A stretch of 11,321 bases of DNA from NCBI GenBank assembly GCA_048940645.1, contig JBHLOI010000087.1:1-11321 (forward strand), written 5' to 3'. The stretch comes from Promethearchaeota archaeon (GTDB taxonomy: Archaea > Asgardarchaeota > Lokiarchaeia > Sigyniarchaeales > SOKP01). Below the pieces are notes generated by a model. It was given only the letters and a program-made list of their open reading frames with translations, searched no databases and was not told the origin of the DNA. Below are positions 1 through 7,350 of the stretch, one piece after another (position 1 is the stretch's first letter; each line of letters begins with the position of its first letter). The translations under genes and the position numbers were made by a program.

Positions 1-444
1 CCGAATGGTTTTATAAAATTTATTTATTGAAATATAATTTTTCCCGTCAAGATAGATTACATCCGAAAGTAAAATTGTATAGCCCTTCCAATTTATATTA
101 TATTCTACATTTTTCATTAGATACAGTTTTATTAAATCATTCCGCACTTTTGCTTTTTTTTCTTTTACAGCGTCTAAAATCTTCACATATTCAGGAGAAA
201 TTGTAATTCTATGATTCAAAGCAAGAAGATCTACGTCTTTTGGTTTATTTGTTTGAAAAGCTCTTCCGCGAGGGATTTTAATGCCTAGTTCATCTTTTAC
301 GAATCCTTTTGGATAATGAAATAAAAATCCAAATTCAAGATTAGAATTTGTTAATTCTCTTTCTAATTCTCCAATTTCAAGAATATATTTTCTAATCAAT
401 AGTTTTAATTTAGGTTCTCGCCTTTTAGTTGGTTTTTTGGCCAT
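1..444 (-). CDS. DUF2299-like hypothetical protein, 3' end beyond window edge
   Basis: Not in ORF track. Hand translation from ATG (CAT at 442-444) is open for 148 codons to the edge: MAKKPTKRREPKLKLLIRKYILE...LEFGFLFHYP...HRITISPEYVKIL...ILLSDVIYLDGKNYISINKFYKTIR. The 'I.ISPE' and 'D.IY.D..IS...FYK.IR' pattern recalls archaeal DUF2299; family call is from memory. Confidence 0.7.
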   Translation of the reverse strand, partial: MAKKPTKRREPKLKLLIRKYILEIGELERELTNSNLEFGFLFHYPKGFVKDELGIKIPRGRAFQTNKPKDVDLLALNHRITISPEYVKILDAVKEKKAKVRNDLIKLYLMKNVEYNINWKGYTILLSDVIYLDGKNYISINKFYKTIR

Positions 445-717
445 GTGTTTTGATTAATTTTATAGTTTCTTTTATAGAATTCTTTATATTTTAATATATA
501 TTGCATTGGGTAGATAATATTTAAATTTCCCTTATCAAGAGCCGAATTTAAAAATCATTAAGATATTGCTCGATGGAATATTTTTCATAGTGATTTTATT
601 AACTCTCCTAAAAAGACTTTTAAGAAATCCTTTTTCGAGTAGTTGTTTGAAAACAATATTTAAAATTCTATAAACTATTATACAAAATATTTTAAGTGAT
701 TTTTATCGTGTTAAAAT

Positions 718-891
718 ATGGAGAAGAAGAAATTCTTTACTTTAGAAGATCATAAACTAGCTTCAATGGGTCCAGATTATGTTGTCATAATCCCCAGGAA
801 ATTAATAAAGTATAAAATAATTGATCCGCAAAAACATTATAATATTCATTTTGAAGAAATCACCGGAGAGAATGAGAAAAAAAAGGGTTAA
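718..891 (+). CDS. small AbrB/MazE/SpoVT-like swapped-hairpin DNA-binding protein (57 aa)
   Basis: Below the ORF track cut-off. MEKKKFFTLEDHKLASMGPDYVVIIPRKLIKYKIIDPQKHYNIHFEEITGENEKKKG*. The 'K...MG..YVV.IP+.L......DP...Y.I.FE' pattern fits swapped-hairpin regulators. Confidence 0.6.
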   Translation: MEKKKFFTLEDHKLASMGPDYVVIIPRKLIKYKIIDPQKHYNIHFEEITGENEKKKG

Positions 892-979
892 CTTTCTTCT
901 CGATATGAACAATGTTTTATTATATCAAATTTTATAATGTGATTTTTCAGTACTTTAATGATTTTGGGAGTATAATCTA

Positions 980-1177
980 TTAATTAGGCAGATCATCTGG
1001 GTGAATAATTTTATAAAATTCCCTTTTTTTCCAATTTAAGATATCTTCGTTTGTGTACACAAATATTTTGTTGAAATTTTGATTGAAATATCTTAAATAC
1101 CCTCTTTGAATTATTAAGACGCCCATGGCAGAATTATTAGCAAAATGAAGGAATTGATCATTATGTAATTTCGTAGG
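980..1177 (-). pseudogene. PAS-domain fragment (sensor protein relic)
   Basis: Minus frame reads PTKLHNDQFLHFANNSAMGVLIIQRGYLRYFNQNFNKIFVYTNEDILNWKKREFYKIIHPDDLPN*. This is the N-terminal half of a PAS domain (G.LIIQ.G..Y.N..F..IF[G]Y...HPDD), bounded by stops at 1178-1180 and 980-982. Confidence 0.75.
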
Positions 1178-1508
1178 TTATTCCTTAACTTCTTCAACTT
1201 TATCTTTGCTAATTAATTTTCGCAAACATAGTAATATTAGATTTTCTTATTAATCTTTTTTAAACTAGAAATTCTTCTAAATTAGAGTTTTTTGCGGAAA
1301 TTTTTAAAAAAATATTGAAAAATAAAAATTTAAATAAAATTAGGCTAATTATATAAATATGGTATAGGGAAGTCTATAGGAGATTCTATAAAATTGCTAT
1401 TTTATGTTAATTTCAGAATACTCTAAAAATAGAAACTGGTAAAAATTAGCAGAGTTTCGATAAAACAAGACCAGTAGCAACATGTCATATGAATGATTGG
1501 ATTAATAA

Positions 1509-2186
1509 GTGGTTCTTATGAGTGAAAAATTTGAAAATGATATTCTAGAAATAATAAATTGGACAGAAAAAATGGCCAGAAATTATGAGTTAGCTATTAA
1601 AAAAGGTGAATTTGAAAAAGAGTGTCCTTATCCTAAAATAATTAAAATGTATGAAGATATAGGATATAAACTTAATGAGCATGGATGGAATGAGCAGGCT
1701 GTGATTTTCAATAGCCAAATTAAATTTTACAATAAAAAATTAGAGAAAGATAAGAAATTACGCGAAATTGAAGCTCAAAAAGTACAAAAAAAGAAAAAAT
1801 TTGAAGAATTACATAAAATTAAGGAAATTGATACTGTTAGAGCTGTAATCGATTCTCTCGATAAAGAAGAGGAGATTTTAAATTTTGAAGAGAAAAAGAA
1901 AGAAAAAATTGAAGAATCTGAAGAAATTTTTAATATGATCAGTATTGCTGAAAGATTAGCAAGAGAATACGAACAAGGAATAAAAAGGGGTAGCATTCTT
2001 CGTCTTGAATGTCCCTATGAAAAAATAATAGAAACTTATAAAAAAGCAAAAAAAAGATTTGAAAGTATTGGTTGGAAAGAAGAGTCGAGTAAATTGATCG
2101 AATCAATCTGGTATTATAATGATAAACTCGAAAAAGATAAAATATTACGCGAAATTGAAGAGAAAAAGCTTATTAAGGAATTTTAG
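1509..2186 (+). CDS. alpha-helical protein with two tandem ~85-aa repeats
   Basis: Internal repeat: AE+.AR.YE..IK+G...ECPY.KII..Y......GW.E......I.[FY]YN.KLEKDK.LREIE twice. ATG at 1518 is an alternative, probably better, start than GTG 1509. Confidence 0.85.
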   Translation: MVLMSEKFENDILEIINWTEKMARNYELAIKKGEFEKECPYPKIIKMYEDIGYKLNEHGWNEQAVIFNSQIKFYNKKLEKDKKLREIEAQKVQKKKKFEELHKIKEIDTVRAVIDSLDKEEEILNFEEKKKEKIEESEEIFNMISIAERLAREYEQGIKRGSILRLECPYEKIIETYKKAKKRFESIGWKEESSKLIESIWYYNDKLEKDKILREIEEKKLIKEF

Positions 2187-2293
2187 AATTTTTTACAATT
2201 TCTCTATCTGCTATAGAACTTCCAAGATTAAATATTAAACTTTTTTTAATCAAATAAAAATATATATATAAATAATGAAGTGGTAAACGAAGA

Positions 2294-2524
2294 ATGGATA
2301 AAAGGGATTTAGAAAGATTTTTTAATCGTTTAGAGGAATTATTAGAAACTAATGGGTGTAATGGTCGCGATTTAACGAATGCGGAGATTATTTTAGAGGA
2401 AATGCATATACCAAAAGAGGAGCAGGAGGAGTTTTTGGAGGATTGCAGAAGTTCGGGAGGGTTTTGTGATTGTGAGATTTTCCTAAACTCTGAAGAGTTT
2501 TTGAGAGAAAAGTATAATCATTAA
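2294..2524 (+). CDS. DUF2695-like small acidic Cys-motif protein
   Basis: 76-aa ORF with GGFCDCEIFLN matching the GG.CDCE[VI]..N signature of DUF2695, plus an upstream GC. AT-rich TATA-like element at about 2260-2272. Confidence 0.75.
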   Translation: MDKRDLERFFNRLEELLETNGCNGRDLTNAEIILEEMHIPKEEQEEFLEDCRSSGGFCDCEIFLNSEEFLREKYNH

Positions 2525-2676
2525 AGTTATCTTTTAAATAAAGAAGAAAATTGAATATCGATTTTGGACTTATTTAATCCTTTTCAAAGTTTTAATATTA
2601 TTTCTGTCCTTGAAGTAATATTTAATAATTATCCAATCAAATTAATTTATATAAAAAAAATTGTAGGTGATATCTA

Positions 2677-3183
2677 ATGAAAACAGATGATGACCAAGAT
2701 ATTAATATTCAAAGAAAGAAAAAAATGAAAAAAATTGGCTTCCTTACGCTTATAATTGGAATTGCTTTGATAATTGCTGGAATATTCTTTTTTATAGCTT
2801 CACTTAATTCAATGGGTGAAGTTGGAAATAATAATTTCATGTTGTTTGGTGGTGCTACAGCTGGATGTTGGTTTGTTGGTTCTATTTGTATTATGGCTAC
2901 ATTTATGTTATTACGTGTGGCGTATCATAGAGAAATTCTTAGGTATGGATATGAAGAAACGGGAATGGCTCTCGGCACAGCATCAGAAAGAGCGATAGAT
3001 GGATATGGAAGGATTATTGGTAAGGGATCTGAAGCAGTGGCAAGTGGTATTAAAAGTGCTGGTGGGATAAAATTAGATGTGGATAGTAATAAAGAACAAA
3101 TAATAAAAATTAGATGTAAAGCTTGTGGAACCCTAAATGATGAAGATGCTAAATATTGTGATGAATGCGGGCAACAAATTTAA
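2677..3183 (+). CDS. membrane protein with two TM helices and C-terminal zinc ribbon
   Basis: Hydrophobic IGFLTLIIGIALIIAGIFFFIA and FMLFGGATAGCWFVGSICIMATFMLL; C-terminal CKACGTLNDEDAKYCDECG; GGTGA just upstream of the ATG. Confidence 0.85.
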   Translation: MKTDDDQDINIQRKKKMKKIGFLTLIIGIALIIAGIFFFIASLNSMGEVGNNNFMLFGGATAGCWFVGSICIMATFMLLRVAYHREILRYGYEETGMALGTASERAIDGYGRIIGKGSEAVASGIKSAGGIKLDVDSNKEQIIKIRCKACGTLNDEDAKYCDECGQQI

Positions 3184-3251
3184 TTAAAATTGCATAAAGA
3201 TAAATATTTCAATGGCAGGAAAAAATTCGCTAAACGATTTATAAACAACGC

Positions 3252-3421
3252 TTGTTATTGGATATTGGGATTCCAGCCTATCTGATTCATGCATCGGGTC
3301 ATGCAACTTCGCATGATTTAATTAATTTCATCAATACAGTTAACCCTCAATCCATACCGAACATACATATTTTTTTGAGAAGTTATTTCAGAAATCAGAA
3401 ATTAAAGTTTTAACACCTTAA
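3252..3421 (+). pseudogene. C-terminal relic of RNase J-like beta-CASP metallo-beta-lactamase
   Basis: One frame reads LLLDIGIPAYLIHASGHATSHDLINFINTVNPQ. After a frameshift at about 3350 it continues IHTEHTYFFEKLFQKSEIKVLTP* (stop 3419-3421). HASGHA and (P)IHTEH correspond to beta-CASP motifs B and C. No N-terminal part is present. Confidence 0.8.
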
Positions 3422-3464
3422 TTAAATAAATCTATAGTATTTTAGACTAAATCTTAATCTCAAT

Positions 3465-3516
3465 TTACGTAAAATTTACGTAACGGGGACATATAAATTA
3501 CGTAAGCCTTACGTAA
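3465..3516. repeat. four perfect TTACGTAA palindromes on an 11-bp lattice (putative operator array)
   Basis: TTACGTAA at 3465, 3476, 3498 and 3509 (spacings 11, 22, 11), directly upstream of a TATA box and the RHH gene. Confidence 0.85.
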
Positions 3517-3530
3517 TATCTAGCATAACA

Positions 3531-3540
3531 TTTATATATA
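3531..3540 (+). promoter_or_regulatory. putative archaeal TATA box of the RHH gene
   Basis: TTTATATATA starting 28 bp upstream of ATG 3559, consistent with a leaderless or short-leader archaeal transcript. Confidence 0.55.
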
Positions 3541-3558
3541 AACAATACGATTCATTAC

Positions 3559-3846
3559 ATGATGACGAAACCAACGGAGAATTATGCTAGGATAAATTTA
3601 ATTTTGTCAAAGGAAGATAAAGATAAATGGGACAAGGTTGCAGGTGATCTTCTCGGGATCAGCCTATCTCAATTAATTAGAGACTCCGTTAATGACTACA
3701 TAAGCAGAATTGAAAATTATGAACGAATAGTAAAAAAGGATAGCTTTGAAAGAGTGTTAGATGTACTAGAACCGGAAATTGACAAATTAATTCGTGAAAA
3801 AATCGATGATTACTTGAACATAAAACTAAAACAGAAAGAACGATAA
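3559..3846 (+). CDS. ribbon-helix-helix (CopG/Arc-like) DNA-binding protein
   Basis: ARINLILSKEDKDKWDKVAGDLLGISLSQLIRDSVNDYI has an alternating beta ribbon, a helix, and a G-x-S-x-S-x-LIR second helix; charged helical C-terminus. Confidence 0.8.
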   Translation: MMTKPTENYARINLILSKEDKDKWDKVAGDLLGISLSQLIRDSVNDYISRIENYERIVKKDSFERVLDVLEPEIDKLIREKIDDYLNIKLKQKER

Positions 3847-3971
3847 GTTTATACGGGGTTTTGGTTCAGTCATATGATATGAATGTGATTAATGCCTTGC
3901 TGGTATTATTATGGTAGTTTAATTAAGGAAATTAAAGAATAGTGTAAACAAGGCCTCAGAAGTGGTAAATT

Positions 3972-4319
3972 ATGTCGATTATAGTGTTAGGAAATAAAAA
4001 TGTAAGCGAAATCATTCAAAGAGCTATTAAAAAAAAGGCAGATGCCTATAAATTTCTGATTAGAAATGGCTTGTTAAAAGAGGCTAATTATACTTATCAT
4101 GAATGGAAGGCTCTAATCGAAATCGCCGAATTATTAGGGCTGAAGTTTAAATCAATAGCTAATGTTAAGAGTGTGAAAATTGCGGGAGATAATTTATCAT
4201 TGACTAAGGACCAATTAGAAAAATTAGTAATATTGATCTACTTTCATTTTAACAGATACAAACTGCTTCATATAAGGGAATTCGAAAAAATGATAATTAA
4301 TATAATCGAGAATGAGTAG
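3972..4319 (+). CDS. hypothetical protein (115 aa)
   Basis: Intact ORF with plausible composition; no motif recognised. Confidence 0.65.
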   Translation: MSIIVLGNKNVSEIIQRAIKKKADAYKFLIRNGLLKEANYTYHEWKALIEIAELLGLKFKSIANVKSVKIAGDNLSLTKDQLEKLVILIYFHFNRYKLLHIREFEKMIINIIENE

Positions 4320-4433
4320 ATTAAAATGTTGACCTAGAAAATTACTCAGGGGGAGGAGGACCTTATTCAAAGCATATTAAATTCAGTTTATGATTCTGTT
4401 TGATAATAGATTAAGAGAAAAATAAAAAAATAT

Positions 4434-5120
4434 ATGGAAAAAATAGAGAAAGGAAGTAGAATAAATAAAGTGAATGAAAATTGCTTTAACTGTGCCCTTT
4501 TTAAATGGGATGAGTGGCGTCAGGGGAATTTTCCGTGTGAATATTATTCTGAGAGAATGTATTTAAATGGATATAAAGGTAATTGTGATTATTATATTTT
4601 TGATTATGAAAAAGCATCTCAAAAAATATCTGATCCACCACGAGAAAATTTTGTTAAGTTTTTTCCTAGCTATAAAAGGGCCTGTATCAACTGTAAGTTT
4701 TGTAACTTTGAAAATATAAAGTACAATATAAACCGCTGCCGATATTATCATGGAAAGCCAAAAGATAAAAACTTAACAAGTTATTATTGCGAAAATTTTA
4801 TGTGGAGGAACCTTCCCATTTCAGACAATTTTCTAAAAAGAATGGAGAGCGTTCGCGAAAAATTTATTAGGAGGTATCCTGAAACAGATATGAGAGAATT
4901 AGAGCTCAAAACTCGGACCAGAGAACTTGGAAATGGGATGAGAATCCTCGAGACCCTAGAAAGAGATTATAGAGCTTACCAAGATAAAATATTAGAATTA
5001 AGTAGAATGTATCAGCCAAAATATCCACAAAATAATGTTTTTTCAGCAATCATAGTAATTATTCTTATAATTTTAAGTATAATGGTAACAGCCTTGTTTT
5101 GTACAGTTATGAGATTTTGA
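4434..5120 (+). CDS. Cys-rich protein with two putative metal-binding repeats, helical stalk and C-terminal TM anchor
   Basis: C17-x2-C-x14-C-x15-C and C84-x2-C-x14-C-x16-C (CEYY/CRYY). Hydrophobic VFSAIIVIILIILSIMVTALFCTV ends 3 residues from the C-terminus. Confidence 0.8.
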   Translation: MEKIEKGSRINKVNENCFNCALFKWDEWRQGNFPCEYYSERMYLNGYKGNCDYYIFDYEKASQKISDPPRENFVKFFPSYKRACINCKFCNFENIKYNINRCRYYHGKPKDKNLTSYYCENFMWRNLPISDNFLKRMESVREKFIRRYPETDMRELELKTRTRELGNGMRILETLERDYRAYQDKILELSRMYQPKYPQNNVFSAIIVIILIILSIMVTALFCTVMRF

Positions 5121-5162
5121 TTTTAAGAGGCGCTAGGCTGGTAATTACGAGTAATTAATTAT

Positions 5163-5187
5163 AATGACAAAAATGTGAGATTTATAT
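5163..5187 (+). promoter_or_regulatory. conserved 25-bp upstream element, copy 1 (TGACA-N4-TGTGA + TATA-like)
   Basis: AATGACAAAAATGTGAGATTTATAT, identical at 7255-7279 and 8502-8526. Confidence 0.8.
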
Positions 5188-5288
5188 ACTCATAGTTTTT
5201 TATTAATATCGAGAAGAGGAAAAAATCGATAATTAGATAAATTGAATAAATTTTTAATGAACTTCATTGATAAAGAGAATATTGAAAT

Positions 5289-5816
5289 ATGTATGATGCA
5301 GAATTTAAGATAGTTCTTTTTGGTGACCCCGAAGTAGCAAAAGCTAATTTAGCTAAGAAATTCTTGACAGATTTATTCGTCTCTGGTACAAAAATGACAA
5401 TAGGAGTCGATTTTGAAGTAAAAAGTATATTTGTAGAAGATAAGAGAGTTAAATTAAAGATATGGGATTTCAGTGGTGAAGAAAGACATAGATTTTTACT
5501 TCCTACTTATGTAAGTGGTGCAAAAGGTGGCTTATTTATGTATGATATTACAAACTACGCGTCTATTGCTCATATCGATGATTGGTTATCAATTATTAGA
5601 AAGGAAATCAGACCAGGATATGAATTTCCTATAATGGCTGTAGGGATTAAATCCGGTGTAATGAAAGATAGACAGGTTTCTGCTGAAGAAGGGATGGAAA
5701 TTGCAAGATCAAGAGGACTAGATGGCTTTATTGAATGTTCTGTTGAAACTGGGGAGAATGTTGAGGAAGTTTTTGAAGAATTGATACGATTAATGATCAA
5801 CCGTTCTTTTATTTAA
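5289..5816 (+). CDS. Rab-like small GTPase with degenerate G1/G4 motifs
   Basis: FKIVLFGDPEVAKAN (G1), TIGVDF (G2), KIWDFSGEERHR (G3), VGIKS (G4), ECSVETGENVEEVF (G5). Confidence 0.92.
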   Translation: MYDAEFKIVLFGDPEVAKANLAKKFLTDLFVSGTKMTIGVDFEVKSIFVEDKRVKLKIWDFSGEERHRFLLPTYVSGAKGGLFMYDITNYASIAHIDDWLSIIRKEIRPGYEFPIMAVGIKSGVMKDRQVSAEEGMEIARSRGLDGFIECSVETGENVEEVFEELIRLMINRSFI

Positions 5817-5913
5817 TAAAAAGAATGAGAGAAAAATTACTTCTTTTTTTCTTATTATTTGGTCTGGGTAGTTAAGCATAGCAAAGTTTAGTGCGTTATA
5901 CCGTGACATACAA

Positions 5914-5938
5914 ATTGACAATAATGTGAAATATAAAT
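5914..5938 (+). promoter_or_regulatory. degenerate copy of the 25-bp upstream element
   Basis: ATTGACAATAATGTGAAATATAAAT, 20/25 match, with TGACA and TGTGA intact, upstream of the 5972 ORF. Confidence 0.6.
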
Positions 5939-5971
5939 ATTCAACTAAATTAAGATTACTCAAAAGAAATC

Positions 5972-7222
5972 ATGAAATGGAAAAAAAAAAAGAAATTTGG
6001 AAATTTTTCATATATATATAAGCTTTTGATGCTTAATCATCAAATAAATCCGAAAACTAGCGCCACTGAGTCCAAGATAAATGAATTTATCACACTTAAA
6101 TTAGAGAACGGAAAAACATTTATCTATGTAAATGGTAAAAGGTTTCTGCAGTGTATTCGTTTAATTCTTAATATTCCGAAGAAGGATACGCAATTATATG
6201 ATGAAATCGAGTCGATAGACGAAGCTGCAGATTTGTATAACAAACGCTTATCCCAAAATAGAATAGTAACAGGTCCTATGGCACGTCCTGTACTAGATCA
6301 GACTCATGATATTACGCCTGAGGAGGAATTTTGGGGGCATTGTTCAAATATTCAAGCATGGGTGGAAAATGAGTATGATACCAGAATTTTAAAGAGTAAT
6401 ATTTCTTTTCCATTATTGAGAGAGTTAACCCAAGCTGGAGATCCCTTGGCAAGAAAGGTTTTTAAGGATGAAATTGCCTTAAGACTCGAAAGCGGGTATC
6501 CTTCAGTTGTTCAGTATCTCATTAATCAAGGTTATATCAAATACTTAACACCCTTTGAATTTAAAACTGTAATAGATACTACCAAACTTATCGAAAATAT
6601 CTCAAGGGAACCCAGAACATTAAAGAAAGCTCTTAATATCCCCGCCATATCAGGCAGGAGTTTTTTAGAAGATATACATTTAAAAGATCCTTTAAAAATA
6701 AGACAATCACTCATTAGGGACACAGTACAGACAAGTGATATATTATCTGAAAGGAAAAAGGTGCTTGAAAAGAGAAAGAGACTTAAAAAAGCCTATTATA
6801 ATGATATATTGAAACTTATTGAAGCTAAGGAATACGAGAAAGCGATCGTAGAATGTGAAGACGTTGTTAATCGCTTAATTAAAAATAAAAAGTATAAGTT
6901 AGCTGGCATATCCCTAGTAATTCTTACTCTTATGTTATTAAAACAAAATAGGGTTAATGAAATTAATAAAAAATTAGAAGATATGGAAAAAAATCTTTAT
7001 AATTTCTCTGAAACTTATGCTTCTATGTTGATTCATTACATTTTAGATATAAATAAAAGAAAGAAGAAAGAACTAAAAAAGTCAGTATCATTGATTGAAT
7101 TTTTACCATTATTTGAAGAAGAGATCAACCTTTTGTACGATTATTTAGGTAAGGGGTATGAGGGAGTTAAAAAAAAAATAATCGTGCTACGGTTATCGTG
7201 TTATGGTTACATTTTCAAATAA
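5972..7222 (+). CDS. 'FWGHCSNIQAW' domain fused to a TPR-like helical C-terminus
   Basis: aa ~35-217 are paralogous to the central part of the 8764 ORF. The C-terminus is helical-repeat-like (YNDILKLIEAKEYEKAIVECEDVVNRL...LPLFEEE). True start may be ATG 6029, since the first 19 codons look like AT-rich intergenic sequence. Confidence 0.85.
   Translation: MKWKKKKKFGNFSYIYKLLMLNHQINPKTSATESKINEFITLKLENGKTFIYVNGKRFLQCIRLILNIPKKDTQLYDEIESIDEAADLYNKRLSQNRIVTGPMARPVLDQTHDITPEEEFWGHCSNIQAWVENEYDTRILKSNISFPLLRELTQAGDPLARKVFKDEIALRLESGYPSVVQYLINQGYIKYLTPFEFKTVIDTTKLIENISREPRTLKKALNIPAISGRSFLEDIHLKDPLKIRQSLIRDTVQTSDILSERKKVLEKRKRLKKAYYNDILKLIEAKEYEKAIVECEDVVNRLIKNKKYKLAGISLVILTLMLLKQNRVNEINKKLEDMEKNLYNFSETYASMLIHYILDINKRKKKELKKSVSLIEFLPLFEEEINLLYDYLGKGYEGVKKKIIVLRLSCYGYIFK
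6074..6623 (+). repeat. direct repeat copy A (~550 bp) of 9424-9973
   Basis: Colinear without indels at offset 3350. Perfect tracts at 6254-6367 and 6587-6619. Confidence 0.9.
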
Positions 7223-7254
7223 TTTTTCTATTAAAAAAGTTGTAAACTAATTAA

Positions 7255-7279
7255 AATGACAAAAATGTGAGATTTATAT
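7255..7279 (+). promoter_or_regulatory. conserved 25-bp upstream element, copy 2
   Basis: Identical to copy 1. Identity extends to 35 bp with copy 3 (7253-7287 = 8500-8534), and similarity to copy 1 continues to about 7323 (ATATC[TG]AGAAGAGGAAAAA[TA]TCGATAA). Confidence 0.8.
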
Positions 7280-7350
7280 GCTTAAATTTTTTTTTGATAT
7301 CTAGAAGAGGAAAAATTCGATAAATAAATTATATTTCTAAGGAAAGGATA

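Noticed and set aside
1050-1063. Palindrome TTTGTGTACACAAA with flanking 11-bp inverted repeat (1034-1044 / 1088-1098) as an operator
   Set aside because: Lies inside the PAS relic coding frame in AT-rich DNA; probably coincidental.
1148-1186. G-U-rich hairpin as an ncRNA
   Set aside because: Weak bulged stem overlapping the PAS relic; no recognisable RNA family.
1775-1996. Minus-strand ORF of 73 aa (likewise 4563-4751, 5570-5800, 6532-6723, 9229-9501, 9876-10118)
   Set aside because: Antisense shadows of well-supported genes with Ser/Phe/Ile-biased composition. The similarity between 6532 and 9876 just reflects the direct repeat.
2816-2998. Alternative-frame 60-aa ORF
   Set aside because: Nested within the better-supported TM/zinc-ribbon gene.
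3465-3516. CRISPR array
   Set aside because: Repeats are only 8 bp with 3-14 bp gaps, and no cas genes are present.
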